Shown one piece after another: positions 28,555 through 39,011 of a stretch of DNA of 64,000 bases (positions within the stretch are counted from its first letter, which is position 1; the number at the start of each line of letters is the position of its first letter). Source of the DNA: Candidatus Poribacteria bacterium (GTDB lineage Bacteria; Poribacteria; WGA-4E; WGA-3G); NCBI GenBank assembly GCA_022825665.1, contig JAJDWI010000086.1:838-64837 (forward strand), written 5' to 3'. The position numbers and the translations under genes were made by a program. A model generated the notes under the pieces. That model made no database searches, was not told the origin of the DNA, and saw only the letters and a list, made by a program, of their open reading frames with translations.

Positions 28555-30168
28555 TCACCTTTCAATTTGTCTGTCATCAGACTTGATAACTGAGTAATGT
28601 ATTAAAATTTTATATATTATCAATGCTAAACAAAGTATACTACATAGAATTGGCAACCAATCTCCATAACGAGTATATATTGTATGATCTCCATCTGATA
28701 GTGCCACATTTGCAATTAAGAACTCATCAGATGTATGTGGAGTTACAAAGGGTGTACTGATACGTCCAAATCTATTAACAGCACATGTATATCCCCCATT
28801 TGCACACCGAAAAACCGCAACTCGGTTTTCAACAGCACGAAATGGTGCCATTGCTAAATGAAGTTCTGGTAAGGCTGTGCCAACAAACCAAGCATCGTTG
28901 GTAAGTATTGCCATTACATTAGCACCATTTTTCACAAACCTACGAAAATGGTTTGGAAAAGACGACTCAAAGCATATTGAAGTACCTACTTCTATAGTCT
29001 TGCCAGATTGATTTTTTTCATTAATTGTTATTGGTAGTAATTTGATTTCCTTTCCATTTTCAAAAGGATGAAACTGAACAAAATTTGGAAGAAAGTCTGC
29101 TAAAGGCACATATTCACCAAACGGAACCAGACGCATTTTTGCATATTTCCCAAGTAATTCTCCTTCGGAAGATACAGAAATAACTCGGTTGTATAAATCT
29201 TCAAATGTATCAACGTCCGTTGCTCCCATAAGCATAGGTATGCCACCATTTTCTCCAAACATCTGTTTGTATACGTTATGAAATTTCGTCCATTGACGAA
29301 ATGACACTTGTACTGCCCATTCACCAGATAACATCCCTCCTCTAAATGTTGTCTCAGGTAAGACAATTACATCAGGGTTTTTAATGGAACTTTTTCGTGT
29401 CAAATTGAGGTATTTCTTTACAATCTTTCCGACATTTTCTGATTTCCATTTCTCAATTTGCGGTATATTTCCTGGTACAAGGGCAACTTTGATAGTTTCT
29501 GTTTGGTTGTCTTTACTATTATTGATAATGACATATCCGTAAATGAGAGTCATCCCCGCAAGTAGACAAGGAACAAGAACAGTAACAATTTCCTTTTTCC
29601 ATTTATGTCTGTCTTGTATCAAGGCTGCAATCCCTGCATTGAAAAAGACGATAACAAAACTTACGCCATATACGCCAGCAAAGGATGCTATTTGAATACT
29701 GGGTTGGTAATTCCATTGCGAATAACCGATGTTACCCCATGGAAATCCTGTGAGTAGCCAACTACGAACCCATTCTAAACCCACCCAAATGGTTGCGACA
29801 CCTAATGGATATAGTATCCCTGACTGCCACGGTAAATGATAAACTAATACTGCAGCTACAGCAAAATAGAGTGCTGTATATCCTACTAAAAGCAAGTAAC
29901 CTAAAACTGTTGTAAATATATTCGCATAAGGATATAATAATGCTATTGCTAACAATAAACCCGCGAAAAACAGGAATCCTGCTACATATCCAAGGCTGAA
30001 TGCAGTTTTCCAATGATCAACGGATTGCAGTGTTAGTAACAGTGGAACTAATCCAAACCATGCAAGAGGGAAGAAATTAACACTGGGAAAACTACAAAAT
30101 AAGATTACTCCTGAACTTAAAGCAAACAGATAACGGTGTCGTTTAATTGTATTCAAAATGTCTTCCAC
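28555..30168 (-). CDS. lnt: Apolipoprotein N-acyltransferase
   Basis: LTGFPW, PET, KMRLVPFGEYVP, ICFES, TNDAWF and RAVEN. Start uncertain (GTG 30168 or ATG 30201). Confidence 0.95.
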   Translation of the reverse strand: MEDILNTIKRHRYLFALSSGVILFCSFPSVNFFPLAWFGLVPLLLTLQSVDHWKTAFSLGYVAGFLFFAGLLLAIALLYPYANIFTTVLGYLLLVGYTALYFAVAAVLVYHLPWQSGILYPLGVATIWVGLEWVRSWLLTGFPWGNIGYSQWNYQPSIQIASFAGVYGVSFVIVFFNAGIAALIQDRHKWKKEIVTVLVPCLLAGMTLIYGYVIINNSKDNQTETIKVALVPGNIPQIEKWKSENVGKIVKKYLNLTRKSSIKNPDVIVLPETTFRGGMLSGEWAVQVSFRQWTKFHNVYKQMFGENGGIPMLMGATDVDTFEDLYNRVISVSSEGELLGKYAKMRLVPFGEYVPLADFLPNFVQFHPFENGKEIKLLPITINEKNQSGKTIEVGTSICFESSFPNHFRRFVKNGANVMAILTNDAWFVGTALPELHLAMAPFRAVENRVAVFRCANGGYTCAVNRFGRISTPFVTPHTSDEFLIANVALSDGDHTIYTRYGDWLPILCSILCLALIIYKILIHYSVIKSDDRQIER

Positions 30169-30301
30169 AGGTAGGTAATGATTATGTGAACATAGTAACA
30201 CATCTACTTGTAAGTGTCAACTAAAAGAAAACTGTTTGACGTGATGACTCGTAATATATCTTGTCTATGTATCTGGTTGATATTCTCTGTATAAATGGAA
30301 T

Positions 30302-30421
30302 CAGGACTTACGCATAAACGGTAGGCGCGCTTTGTAAGCGCGCAAAATACCCACTATTCAGCTGAAATTGACCATTTTGTCCATAATTATTGAATAAATC
30401 GTGGAAAATGCGTAAGTCCTA
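30302..30421. mobile_element. MITE with CAGGACTTACGCA terminal inverted repeats and internal REP
   Basis: CAGGACTTACGCA...TGCGTAAGTCCTA. Flanking direct repeat ATGGAAT (30295-30301 / 30422-30428). Internal GTAG-GCGCGCTT-tgt-AAGCGCGC hairpin. Confidence 0.85.
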
Positions 30422-30619
30422 ATGGAATATAATTGTCTTATGTATTTGTTGCATCATATCTATAGTAACTTCAATAAATGTAAACCGAAATAATACAATT
30501 GACGTTTATAGATATATTCTAAGACATTTATTTATAATTACATAAAACCAACAGATATAGGGAGGAACTATTCTTGTAGACAATACCCTTAATCTCTACG
30601 AAGATAGTCGTGCTTTTTT

Positions 30620-31738
30620 ATGTTTAGATATGTCACTATATTACTATGGGTAGTTTTCATTATACCTTCAACAGTGTTAGCTGGTCCGGGTAGGACAGGC
30701 GCACAAATATTAAGTTTAGGTGGTGGGGCTCGAGCCAGAGCATTAGGAGATGCATTTTCTGCTATGTCTGGAGATGTAACTGCATCACTTTGGAATCCAA
30801 GTGGTTTAGCACAGATGCCAGAAAGCAGAATACGATCCGGTAAAATGGGAGCACAAGCATCTATGTTTTACACGGATTACAGCGGTCCTTTTGGAGAAGC
30901 AGGAGAAGGATTATATTATACTTTCATTTCTGGAGCATTACCACTCGGAGAGATAGGCACTGTTGGTGCAACTCTACAACTGAACGGACAGGGAACAATT
31001 GCCGTTACCAGTGATTCCCCTGATGTACTTCGTGAAGAAAGTCTTGGGACGAATATGGCGTTAACTTTATCTTATGCTGATACACTCACAAGTTTATTAG
31101 CAGCAGGTGTCAATGCAAAGATGATACGTATGGTACTTGGTAGAGAAAACGGCACTTCTTATGCGGTTGACATGGGAATTCAGTATTTACTTCCATTTAG
31201 ACCGATACCGACTACTATCGGTTTAGCGATACAGAACGTCGGTCCGGGTATCTCATTTATTGATGAAAATCAAGCGGACCCATTACCACGTATGCTTAGG
31301 ATAGGGACATCAATGAGTCTGTATCAGGATAGATATAACCACCTTCGTTTTGTAACTGGGATTTCAGCATATATTGATAAATTGAGAGAAGATGAAACAG
31401 AATTAGATGCAGACTTGGAACGACTTAATGCTGACAGGTCAGAATCTGAATTACTTACTAAAGAACAACTATTATCAGATCGAGGGGTTGGCTACCGAGC
31501 ATTTGAATGGCGACATTTACAAAAAAATCTCGGTTTGGAATACTGGCTTGGTAATACACTGGCATTAAGGGTAGGATACAAATCTGAACCCGGAATTAAT
31601 TTACCTGATTTGGCTGATTACATTACCTACGGTATTGGTGTAAAAATATATTTATTCAATTTAGATTTAACATACGGTCCGCGATTTGGACCATTACAAG
31701 AGAGACTAATTGAGATGACAGGTATAATCGTATTTTAG
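30620..31738 (+). CDS. PorV/PorQ-family (UPF0164) outer-membrane beta-barrel protein
   Basis: GAQIL..G.GARARALGDAF.A..GD..A..WNPSGL N-terminal motif, DPLP..LR.G, GLEY...LALRVGY, C-terminal Phe. Confidence 0.85.
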   Translation: MFRYVTILLWVVFIIPSTVLAGPGRTGAQILSLGGGARARALGDAFSAMSGDVTASLWNPSGLAQMPESRIRSGKMGAQASMFYTDYSGPFGEAGEGLYYTFISGALPLGEIGTVGATLQLNGQGTIAVTSDSPDVLREESLGTNMALTLSYADTLTSLLAAGVNAKMIRMVLGRENGTSYAVDMGIQYLLPFRPIPTTIGLAIQNVGPGISFIDENQADPLPRMLRIGTSMSLYQDRYNHLRFVTGISAYIDKLREDETELDADLERLNADRSESELLTKEQLLSDRGVGYRAFEWRHLQKNLGLEYWLGNTLALRVGYKSEPGINLPDLADYITYGIGVKIYLFNLDLTYGPRFGPLQERLIEMTGIIVF

Positions 31739-31765
31739 GCTTTCAAATTAGGAATAAGTTAACAA

Positions 31766-32563
31766 GTGAAACGAAACCCAATAATCTTAACACTAATCAT
31801 TCTCAGTATAACATCCCATATTTGTTTAGCTTCCAGTGAATCACACACAACTATGCTGACAAATTTCTATTTAGAATCCAATCTTGGTATCCGAGAAATT
31901 GCCAATCAAACCGCTGTTTCTCCTAATCCAGAAATAAGACTCTTTAATCGCAAATCACCTAATGAAGCATTTCTTTATTCACTGGCAATTCCAGGTATGG
32001 GGCAACTGTATACTGGTGCAAAGCATGGATACCTCTATACTGCAGCAGAAGTAGGTTTATTTGTCACCTATTTTATACTTCGAAATAATGCAATTAATAC
32101 ACGAGATGACTATCGAGATGTTGTTCGAGATAACATTATTTTTATTGGACCAGCCTCTTTTGATAAATGGGATCTCGTAGAAGATTTTGAACACGCAACA
32201 CAATATGAAAATTGGAACCACGTCTATGATTCTGAAGCAACACGAAATCGTACAGGTAAGTGGTATTGGAAAGATCTTGATCCATCATTGAAAGATGAAA
32301 AAGACACCGAAATTGAGTTTGATTCAAAATATAGATTGGAAGCGTTCGATCTACGTCAAAAGGCGAATGACACATTTCAAACCGCACGTACAATGTTAGG
32401 TTTGGTTATATTAAACCATATCGTTAGTGCAGTGGAAGCACGTATTACCACGAAACGTTGGAATCAAAGACAAGAAAGATTAAATGGTTTTGAGATAGAT
32501 GTACAGACAGATGTCACTTCTGGATCGGTAAAAAGTGCGTTGGTTCTAAGAAAACATTTTTAA
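31766..32563 (+). CDS. Hypothetical exported protein (DUF5683/TM2-like)
   Basis: KSP..A...SL.IPG.GQ.Y.G motif and C-terminal Phe. Confidence 0.7.
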   Translation: MKRNPIILTLIILSITSHICLASSESHTTMLTNFYLESNLGIREIANQTAVSPNPEIRLFNRKSPNEAFLYSLAIPGMGQLYTGAKHGYLYTAAEVGLFVTYFILRNNAINTRDDYRDVVRDNIIFIGPASFDKWDLVEDFEHATQYENWNHVYDSEATRNRTGKWYWKDLDPSLKDEKDTEIEFDSKYRLEAFDLRQKANDTFQTARTMLGLVILNHIVSAVEARITTKRWNQRQERLNGFEIDVQTDVTSGSVKSALVLRKHF

Positions 32564-32576
32564 TTTGGAGTTACCT

Positions 32577-33515
32577 ATGCTATTTGAATTACCACAACTC
32601 ATAGATGCTCTCAATTCCGTAACTGCAATCCCTGTGATACCATTTAAAGAAAACAAGATTGATTATGTTGGACATGCAAAGAACATAGACTATTTGATGA
32701 ATAACAATTACCTTGATGAGGGACGAAAAAGGGTTATTGCAATTGCAGGAACAAGTTTAATTCACCATATATCTGAAACACAACAACTACGATTGATAGA
32801 CAGAACGGGACAACAGATGGGATCCGACGGTGTCTTAATATCAGGAATCGTCCCGAATCCTATCAACCAAGCAGGACAACTCATAGAAGCACAATCTGAA
32901 CTTAATAGACCACCTGATGCATATCTGTTGATGCCATTGACGGGTATTAGTAGTCCGGAAGGTATCTACGAACATTTTATGAAATTCGCAGAACATTACG
33001 GTACTTCTTGTAATGCAAGATTTCTCTACTATTTTAGGCAAAAGCGAGACTTAGATGCAGTTATCCGTTTGTTGAAAGATTCACTACATTTCATTGGCGT
33101 GAAAATCGGAACTGATGAAGATGATGTGATCCCACTCATTGAAGGTATTGGTGATTCTGGTATAGTAATGTGGGGAATTGGAGATAGATGCACACGGCCT
33201 GCACAACTTGGTACAAAGGGACATACATCTGGTATTGCAGTTGCTTATGCCCGTGCCTCTGATGAAATCAATAACGCACAACGGCGCGGAGATTATGAAA
33301 CTTCGGAACGAATTGAAGCTGATATAACCCCACTTGAAGAGATACGTTTTTGGAATGGAAGAGTATACAACTATTCTGCTGTTGTGGAAACGATGATTTT
33401 GAGCGGTTTTGAGGATATTGAAGCTGGGACAGGGGGTCCATTCAATCCACGTGTCCCTCCTGATATTCAAAAACAACTACGCAGCATTACGAATAACTTG
33501 AAACGGTATCATTAA
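32577..33515 (+). CDS. Dihydrodipicolinate synthase-family (class I aldolase/dehydratase) protein
   Basis: IPVIPF...IDY, YY...GVK Schiff-base Lys region, G.TSG. ATG follows GGAG. Confidence 0.8.
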   Translation: MLFELPQLIDALNSVTAIPVIPFKENKIDYVGHAKNIDYLMNNNYLDEGRKRVIAIAGTSLIHHISETQQLRLIDRTGQQMGSDGVLISGIVPNPINQAGQLIEAQSELNRPPDAYLLMPLTGISSPEGIYEHFMKFAEHYGTSCNARFLYYFRQKRDLDAVIRLLKDSLHFIGVKIGTDEDDVIPLIEGIGDSGIVMWGIGDRCTRPAQLGTKGHTSGIAVAYARASDEINNAQRRGDYETSERIEADITPLEEIRFWNGRVYNYSAVVETMILSGFEDIEAGTGGPFNPRVPPDIQKQLRSITNNLKRYH

Positions 33516-33583
33516 TGACAAACCGATGGCTGTATGTTTAGTAGTACTTCAATTGAAATTGAAACTACCTATCTGAGTAACCC

Positions 33584-35293
33584 ATGTCTTTTGATAGTTT
33601 AACACTTCATCATGTAACGGACGAGATGTCCCATTTACTTATTGGCGGTACAATTCGTCACATTGAACAAGCAAATCCAAGCACTTTTAACTTCAAGATT
33701 GATCAAGGAACACAACCCCATTGGCTTACGATATCAGCGCATTCAGTTCATGCCCGTGCACACCTCATACATAAACCACCTCCCGGACAAAAGCAATCCT
33801 ATTTTGCCGATTTTCTTGCAACCCATCTGAAACATGGTAAAATTATTGACATAAAACAGATCGGTTGGGATCGTATACTAAAAGTTACTGTTCAACCAGT
33901 TTCCGATGAACCAGTTAAACCTCCATACAAAGCCATAATTGCTGAATTTATGGGAAGACACAGTAATATCATTCTGATTGACGATACTGATAACAGAATC
34001 TTAGAATGCTGGAAACATATTGATGATACAATGAGTCGGTATCGGGAAGTCCTCCCAGGTGAAACTTATGATTTACCACCACAACAGGAGAAAATTGATC
34101 CATTAACTTTGGATAAGACAACTTTTACTGAACTATTTACGTCCCCAGAAACTACGTGGAAATCACTATTTAGTAGAATAGATGGACTGAGTCCAATGAT
34201 TGCTAATGAAATAATCGCTCGTGCAGATAAATCAGGACTATGGGAAGCTTATCAACAAGTAAGCGTTTATTTTCACACGAAAAACGTTAAACCACAAGTC
34301 CTTATGGATGGAGATGAACCGTTAACCACATCACCTATGCCATTAGAACAATTTCCTGATTCAGTTTCTCACTCTTATGATACTATGAGTGAAGCGTTAA
34401 CAGAATATTACGACGCTATCACACTGAAAGAAAACATTGCATCAGAAAAACACAAACTCAAACAAGCATTAGAAAAACAGAAAAAGTTACTTACGCGAAA
34501 AGAGAGAGAACTACAGAAAGATTTAGAACGTGCTGAAAAGGCTGAAGATTACCGTATCCATGGGGAACTATTGCTTGCCAACCTCCATAACATTACCCGT
34601 GGACAAAAACAAGTGGAACTTCAAAACTATTATAGTCCAGAACTTGATACATTGACAATCTCACTTGATCCTGAATTAACTCCTTCTGACAATGCACAAT
34701 CGTATTTTAAGAAGTACACCAAAGCAAAACGTGGTTTTTCCAGAATACAACAACTTATTGCTGCTCTTGAAGCGGAACAAAAAATCCTCAGTAGATATGA
34801 AATTAAGTTAGAATCATCTGATACACTTGAGTCCCTCCAAAAACTTAGTTCAGAGTTTGTTGAAAATGGGTATCTGAAAACGCAGCATAAGAACAAAAAA
34901 CAACAAGATATAAATGAGGGTCCTTTCCGTAAGTATATCTCAAAAAACGGATTTCACATGTATGTAGGTCGGAATAGTGAATCTAATGATCTGCTGTTAC
35001 GGCAGATAGCAAAACCTCGCGATATGTGGCTCCATGCCAAGCAAATACATGGATCACATGTCATCATACGTAATCCAGAAAATAAACCAGACATCCCAAT
35101 GCCTACATTGTTGCAAGCAGCCCAACTGGCAGCATATTTCAGTAAGGCACATCACTCAAGTTTTGTCCCCGTAGACTATACATGGGCAAAATATGTTGTA
35201 AAACGAAAAGGCAACGTCGCTGGATATGTGCATTACACACGCGAAAAGACATTGTATGTAGAACCAGCAGTGCCATCCACAAAAAATCTATGA
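33584..35293 (+). CDS. rqcH: Rqc2/RqcH (NFACT, FbpA-like) ribosome quality-control protein
   Basis: MSFD, DRIL, EFMGRHSNIIL, NAQSYFKKYTK, VGRN...ND, WLHA...GSHV, VDYT. Confidence 0.92.
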   Translation: MSFDSLTLHHVTDEMSHLLIGGTIRHIEQANPSTFNFKIDQGTQPHWLTISAHSVHARAHLIHKPPPGQKQSYFADFLATHLKHGKIIDIKQIGWDRILKVTVQPVSDEPVKPPYKAIIAEFMGRHSNIILIDDTDNRILECWKHIDDTMSRYREVLPGETYDLPPQQEKIDPLTLDKTTFTELFTSPETTWKSLFSRIDGLSPMIANEIIARADKSGLWEAYQQVSVYFHTKNVKPQVLMDGDEPLTTSPMPLEQFPDSVSHSYDTMSEALTEYYDAITLKENIASEKHKLKQALEKQKKLLTRKERELQKDLERAEKAEDYRIHGELLLANLHNITRGQKQVELQNYYSPELDTLTISLDPELTPSDNAQSYFKKYTKAKRGFSRIQQLIAALEAEQKILSRYEIKLESSDTLESLQKLSSEFVENGYLKTQHKNKKQQDINEGPFRKYISKNGFHMYVGRNSESNDLLLRQIAKPRDMWLHAKQIHGSHVIIRNPENKPDIPMPTLLQAAQLAAYFSKAHHSSFVPVDYTWAKYVVKRKGNVAGYVHYTREKTLYVEPAVPSTKNL

Positions 35294-35379
35294 AATAGAA
35301 AAGGAGGGTTTCTAACCCCGATTTCTTTCTGCCTGTATCACAGATTACGCGTTCTCCGCACCTATCTTCCTCCTCTTCT

Positions 35380-35404
35380 GTAGGAGCGACATCCTTGTCG
35401 CTAC
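35380..35404 (+). repeat. GTAG-type REP-like hairpin
   Basis: GTAG-G-AGCGACA-tcct-TGTCGCT. Confidence 0.7.
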
Positions 35405-35409
35405 CTCTT

Positions 35410-35452
35410 ATCCTGAAAATCCTGCACATCCTGAAAATCCTGGTTCAGACAA
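35410..35452 (+). repeat. 9-bp micro-array ending in TTCAGACAA
   Basis: ATCCTGAAA ATCCTGCAC ATCCTGAAA ATCCTGGTT CAGACAA. Confidence 0.75.
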
Positions 35453-35462
35453 TTCTAAAAAC

Positions 35463-35490
35463 TGAAACATACATGAAACATACATGAAAC
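35463..35490 (+). repeat. 11-bp tandem repeat
   Basis: TGAAACATACA x2.5. Confidence 0.7.
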
Positions 35491-35855
35491 TTATGGTTCT
35501 AATCACCACAAACCCTTCCATCTTTTTCCAACACCTGTTATAATACTACTACTATGGAACACAAAAACCGCATACACCCCACATTCTCAACAAAAACCCT
35601 CACCCGTTACCTAAAAAATATCCACCCAAAAACCGACTACAGTCAAGAAAATAAAAACGTACCAAATTGAAATTCTCAAAAAAAATCGTACCACCTTATA
35701 AACCCAGTCCCAGACTGGCATAATCCCAAAAAGCAAAACGTACCAAGAAACGAAAAACAGCCGTTTTTGGTACGTTTTTAGAAGGAGCAAAAACCGATGT
35801 ATTTACAAGCAAGACACAAAGAAATTGACATTTGAATGCCTCTGATGACTAAAAA

Positions 35856-35884
35856 TTGACTTTACGCAATGAGCATGTTATAAT
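35856..35884 (+). promoter_or_regulatory. groEL sigma70 promoter
   Basis: TTGACT-17-TATAAT with extended -10 TGT. Strong RBS AAGGAGG before the ATG. Confidence 0.75.
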
Positions 35885-35941
35885 TTATCATCTCTATTTA
35901 GTATGAATTCAGTATTCTAAGATTATATAAGGAGGAATTAT

Positions 35942-37573
35942 ATGCCAGCCAAACAAATTATCTTTGATGAAGAGGCGAGGGTAGCACTCAAACGTGGGGC
36001 AGATACTCTCGCTAATGCTGTAAAAGTTACACTCGGACCACGAGGACGAAATGTAGTTATTCAAAAGTCATTTGGTGCACCAATAGTAACATGTGATGGA
36101 GTTACCGTCGCGAAAGAAATTGAACTCCCAGATCCTTATGAGAATATGGGGGCACAATTGTTGGAATCCATTGCTACCAAAACTAATGATGTCGCTGGTG
36201 ATGGAACGACAACTGCAACTTTGTTAGGACAAGAAATACTGCATGAAGGGCTAAAAAACGTTACTGCTGGTGCAGACCCGATGCAGCTGAAAATTGGAAT
36301 TGATAAAGCCGTTGATGCAGCTGTTAACGCAATTTCCGCACAAAGCCGTGATGTAAATACACATGAAGACATCCTACATGTCGCTTCAATAGCAGCTAAC
36401 GATCCCGCTAACGATAGCAATATCGGAACCATCATTGCTGAAGCAATCGAAAGAGTTGGGAACGATGGTGCGATAACAATTGAAGAGGGTAAATCATCCG
36501 AAACCAACGTTGACATTGTTGAAGGAATGCAGTTTGATAGAGGTTTCTTATCACCTCACTTTGTAACTGATTTGGAAGCACAGGTAGTAGAATTTGAAAA
36601 TCCGTATATTCTCATTAACACGGAAAAAGTCACTGGTGTTGCAGACCTTGTGCCGATATTAGAAAAAGTAATGCAACTATCACGTCCCTTGCTTATAATT
36701 GCTGAAGATATAGAAGGGGAGGCTCTTTCTACATTAGTCGTCAACAAACTACGAGCAAATATGCAGGTTGCAGCAGTTAAAGCACCCGGATTCGGTGATA
36801 GACGTAAGGAAATGCTTGAAGATATTGCAGTCTTAACTGCTGGTCAGGTAATCTCTGAAGATACTGGTATCCGATTAGAAAACATCGTAGTCGGCATGTT
36901 AGGCACTGCACAAAGAGTTACGATTGATAAGGATACTACAACTATTGTTGGTGGCTTTGGATCAAAAGAGAGCATTGATGGTAGAGTCGCACAGATTCGC
37001 ACACAGATTGAGGATACATCCTCCGAATATGACCGTGAAAAACTTGAAGAAAGACTTGCTAAACTCGCTGGTGGTGTTGCTGTGGTAAACGTTGGTGCTG
37101 CTACTGAAATTGAAATGAAGGAAAAAAAGGCACGGTGTGAGGACGCACTTGCTGCAACACGAGCTGCTATAGAAGAAGGTATAGTCGCAGGAGGGGGGAC
37201 TACGCTCTTACGTGCTATCACAGGACTTGAATCCCTTGAACTTGATGGGGACCAAAACACTGGACGAAACATCGTCCAAGAGGCATTACGTTCTCCTATC
37301 AAAGCGATTGCGGAAAACGCTGGATTAGAAGGGGCAGTTGTTCTATCTAATGTTGAAAGTGGTGAAGGTAACTACGGTTTCAATGCAGCAACCGAAGAAT
37401 ATGGGGATATGTTGGAATATGGAGTTATTGACCCAACGAAGGTTGTAAGATCCGCACTACAAAACGCAAGTAGTATTGCGGGATTGCTATTGACCACTGA
37501 AACGCTGATTACTGAGATTGAAGAACCACCTGAATTTCATGATGAAGCGGATCTAGATGGCCACATGCATTAA
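35942..37573 (+). CDS. groL: Chaperonin GroEL
   Basis: [40 protein letters not shown]. Confidence 0.98.
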   Translation: MPAKQIIFDEEARVALKRGADTLANAVKVTLGPRGRNVVIQKSFGAPIVTCDGVTVAKEIELPDPYENMGAQLLESIATKTNDVAGDGTTTATLLGQEILHEGLKNVTAGADPMQLKIGIDKAVDAAVNAISAQSRDVNTHEDILHVASIAANDPANDSNIGTIIAEAIERVGNDGAITIEEGKSSETNVDIVEGMQFDRGFLSPHFVTDLEAQVVEFENPYILINTEKVTGVADLVPILEKVMQLSRPLLIIAEDIEGEALSTLVVNKLRANMQVAAVKAPGFGDRRKEMLEDIAVLTAGQVISEDTGIRLENIVVGMLGTAQRVTIDKDTTTIVGGFGSKESIDGRVAQIRTQIEDTSSEYDREKLEERLAKLAGGVAVVNVGAATEIEMKEKKARCEDALAATRAAIEEGIVAGGGTTLLRAITGLESLELDGDQNTGRNIVQEALRSPIKAIAENAGLEGAVVLSNVESGEGNYGFNAATEEYGDMLEYGVIDPTKVVRSALQNASSIAGLLLTTETLITEIEEPPEFHDEADLDGHMH

Positions 37574-37643
37574 AATAGAATATTTTTCTGATTCTCTAAG
37601 ACGCATTTAATGTGAAATTGTTAGAACTTAGAAGACAATTATT

Positions 37644-37670
37644 AGCGCGTTCTTTACGGACGCGCTTTTT
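37644..37670 (+). terminator. Intrinsic terminator after groEL
   Basis: AGCGCGTTC-ttta-cGGACGCGCT followed by a T tract. Confidence 0.75.
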
Positions 37671-37695
37671 CAATTGGATTACGATTGAAAATAAC

Positions 37696-38169
37696 TTATA
37701 CACGGTAACGTGCAACCATACCACTATCCCAATCGCAATCTAAACAGAACATTTCTTTTGGACCTAAATACTGAATCTTATTACCACCACATGTTGGACA
37801 TTCCAAAACTTTGTCAGATACATCATCGCTCTCGTTCTGTTGAAAAATATTCAGATGGTAAACCTTCATGATTCCTGAATATCTATGTCCAAGTGGACAC
37901 CTTATCTGGTTAGTATCTTCATTCTCAAATCGTTCAATTAACTCACGTAGAAACTTCAAAGGATGGTGACATATAGGACAAGGATTTGGTACAAGTTCCT
38001 TAACGACGATAATGTCTGTATCCTCTGACTTAACAGATACAGGTAATGTAAGATGATGCTCAAGCCTTAGAGACTCGTTGTCATCAGAACCAGTGGTTTC
38101 CGTATCAAGACGTTCCGTTACAACTTTATCATAACTATCAGGGCTCAACACAACTGCAGTCGGCACCAT
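37696..38169 (-). CDS. Hypothetical zinc-ribbon protein
   Basis: CPIC, CPLGH, CPTC and CLDC motifs. Confidence 0.7.
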   Translation of the reverse strand: MVPTAVVLSPDSYDKVVTERLDTETTGSDDNESLRLEHHLTLPVSVKSEDTDIIVVKELVPNPCPICHHPLKFLRELIERFENEDTNQIRCPLGHRYSGIMKVYHLNIFQQNESDDVSDKVLECPTCGGNKIQYLGPKEMFCLDCDWDSGMVARYRV

Positions 38170-38332
38170 CGTTCCACCTTTTAAACTTGATATGAGTCTG
38201 TAGATGCGTTCTAAAATGGTCTGGTACCTCCAAATTATAAACTAATCTTCTTATCATTTGGTATGAATGTATAAGGAATTACGTTTCATCTGCAAATGTG
38301 TTGTTGACAATTATTATATCTATACCTTTACA

Positions 38333-38695
38333 TTAAACCACTGGATCAGATGACAATAACTGTTCACGAGAACGTGCTAAAGATGATGAACCACGTTGTT
38401 TGCGATATGCATCGCCAGGTTGGTTTTTGACAATAAAAATTTCATTACCATCACGAATTATAGCATCACCTTCAATCAATGTAGTTTCGAATTTTCTCAT
38501 ACTTGTTATGAAATTGACGGTCACTCGTCCTGTATCAAGTATCTGTATTGTCCAGCCATTCTCAGAACTGACTTTGCTGAATCGCTGTTCAATTTCCATA
38601 GTTTGCATCTGTTCTACATTTAGGACTACACCACTTTCTGAGGGACCTTGATTAGTACTTTCAGTCATTTCGTCCATTGCATTTTCTTCAACCAT
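38333..38695 (-). CDS. Hypothetical protein
   Basis: 120-aa ORF with AAGGAG RBS. Confidence 0.7.
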   Translation of the reverse strand: MVEENAMDEMTESTNQGPSESGVVLNVEQMQTMEIEQRFSKVSSENGWTIQILDTGRVTVNFITSMRKFETTLIEGDAIIRDGNEIFIVKNQPGDAYRKQRGSSSLARSREQLLSSDPVV

Positions 38696-38845
38696 TTTCG
38701 TCTCCTTCTAAAAAATTGACATATCCCTATTTTATCCAATGATATAGTCATTTGTCAACCTATTTTACCAAACTTACAGGGTTATTTAGTTTTCTATAAT
38801 TCTAACACTTGTGTTCACAAACGTGGTTTTTGAAAAATTAGTATA

Positions 38846-38876
38846 GTAGGTCGGAGCGAACATAGCGACCTCCGAC
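38846..38876 (+). repeat. GTAG-type REP-like hairpin
   Basis: GTAG-GTCGGAG...CTCCGAC. Second copy at 11344-11367. Confidence 0.75.
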
Positions 38877-39011
38877 ATGTTATACCCAGTTTTCATAGTA
38901 TCGTTCTCTTTTGTAGCACAAACTTGAAAGTTTGTGCTATTCAGCACGAACATTGCAAAAGGTTGTCAACATATAATAGGATTCCGACATCTCCAACTCA
39001 ATGCTTTGCGT

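Noticed and set aside
35400-35800. CRISPR array
   Set aside because: Repeats are 9-12 bp without regular unique spacers, and there are no cas genes.
35800-35990. CIRCE element at groEL
   Set aside because: Only a half-site-like TAGCACTC inside the CDS. No TTAGCACTC-N9-GAGTGCTAA.
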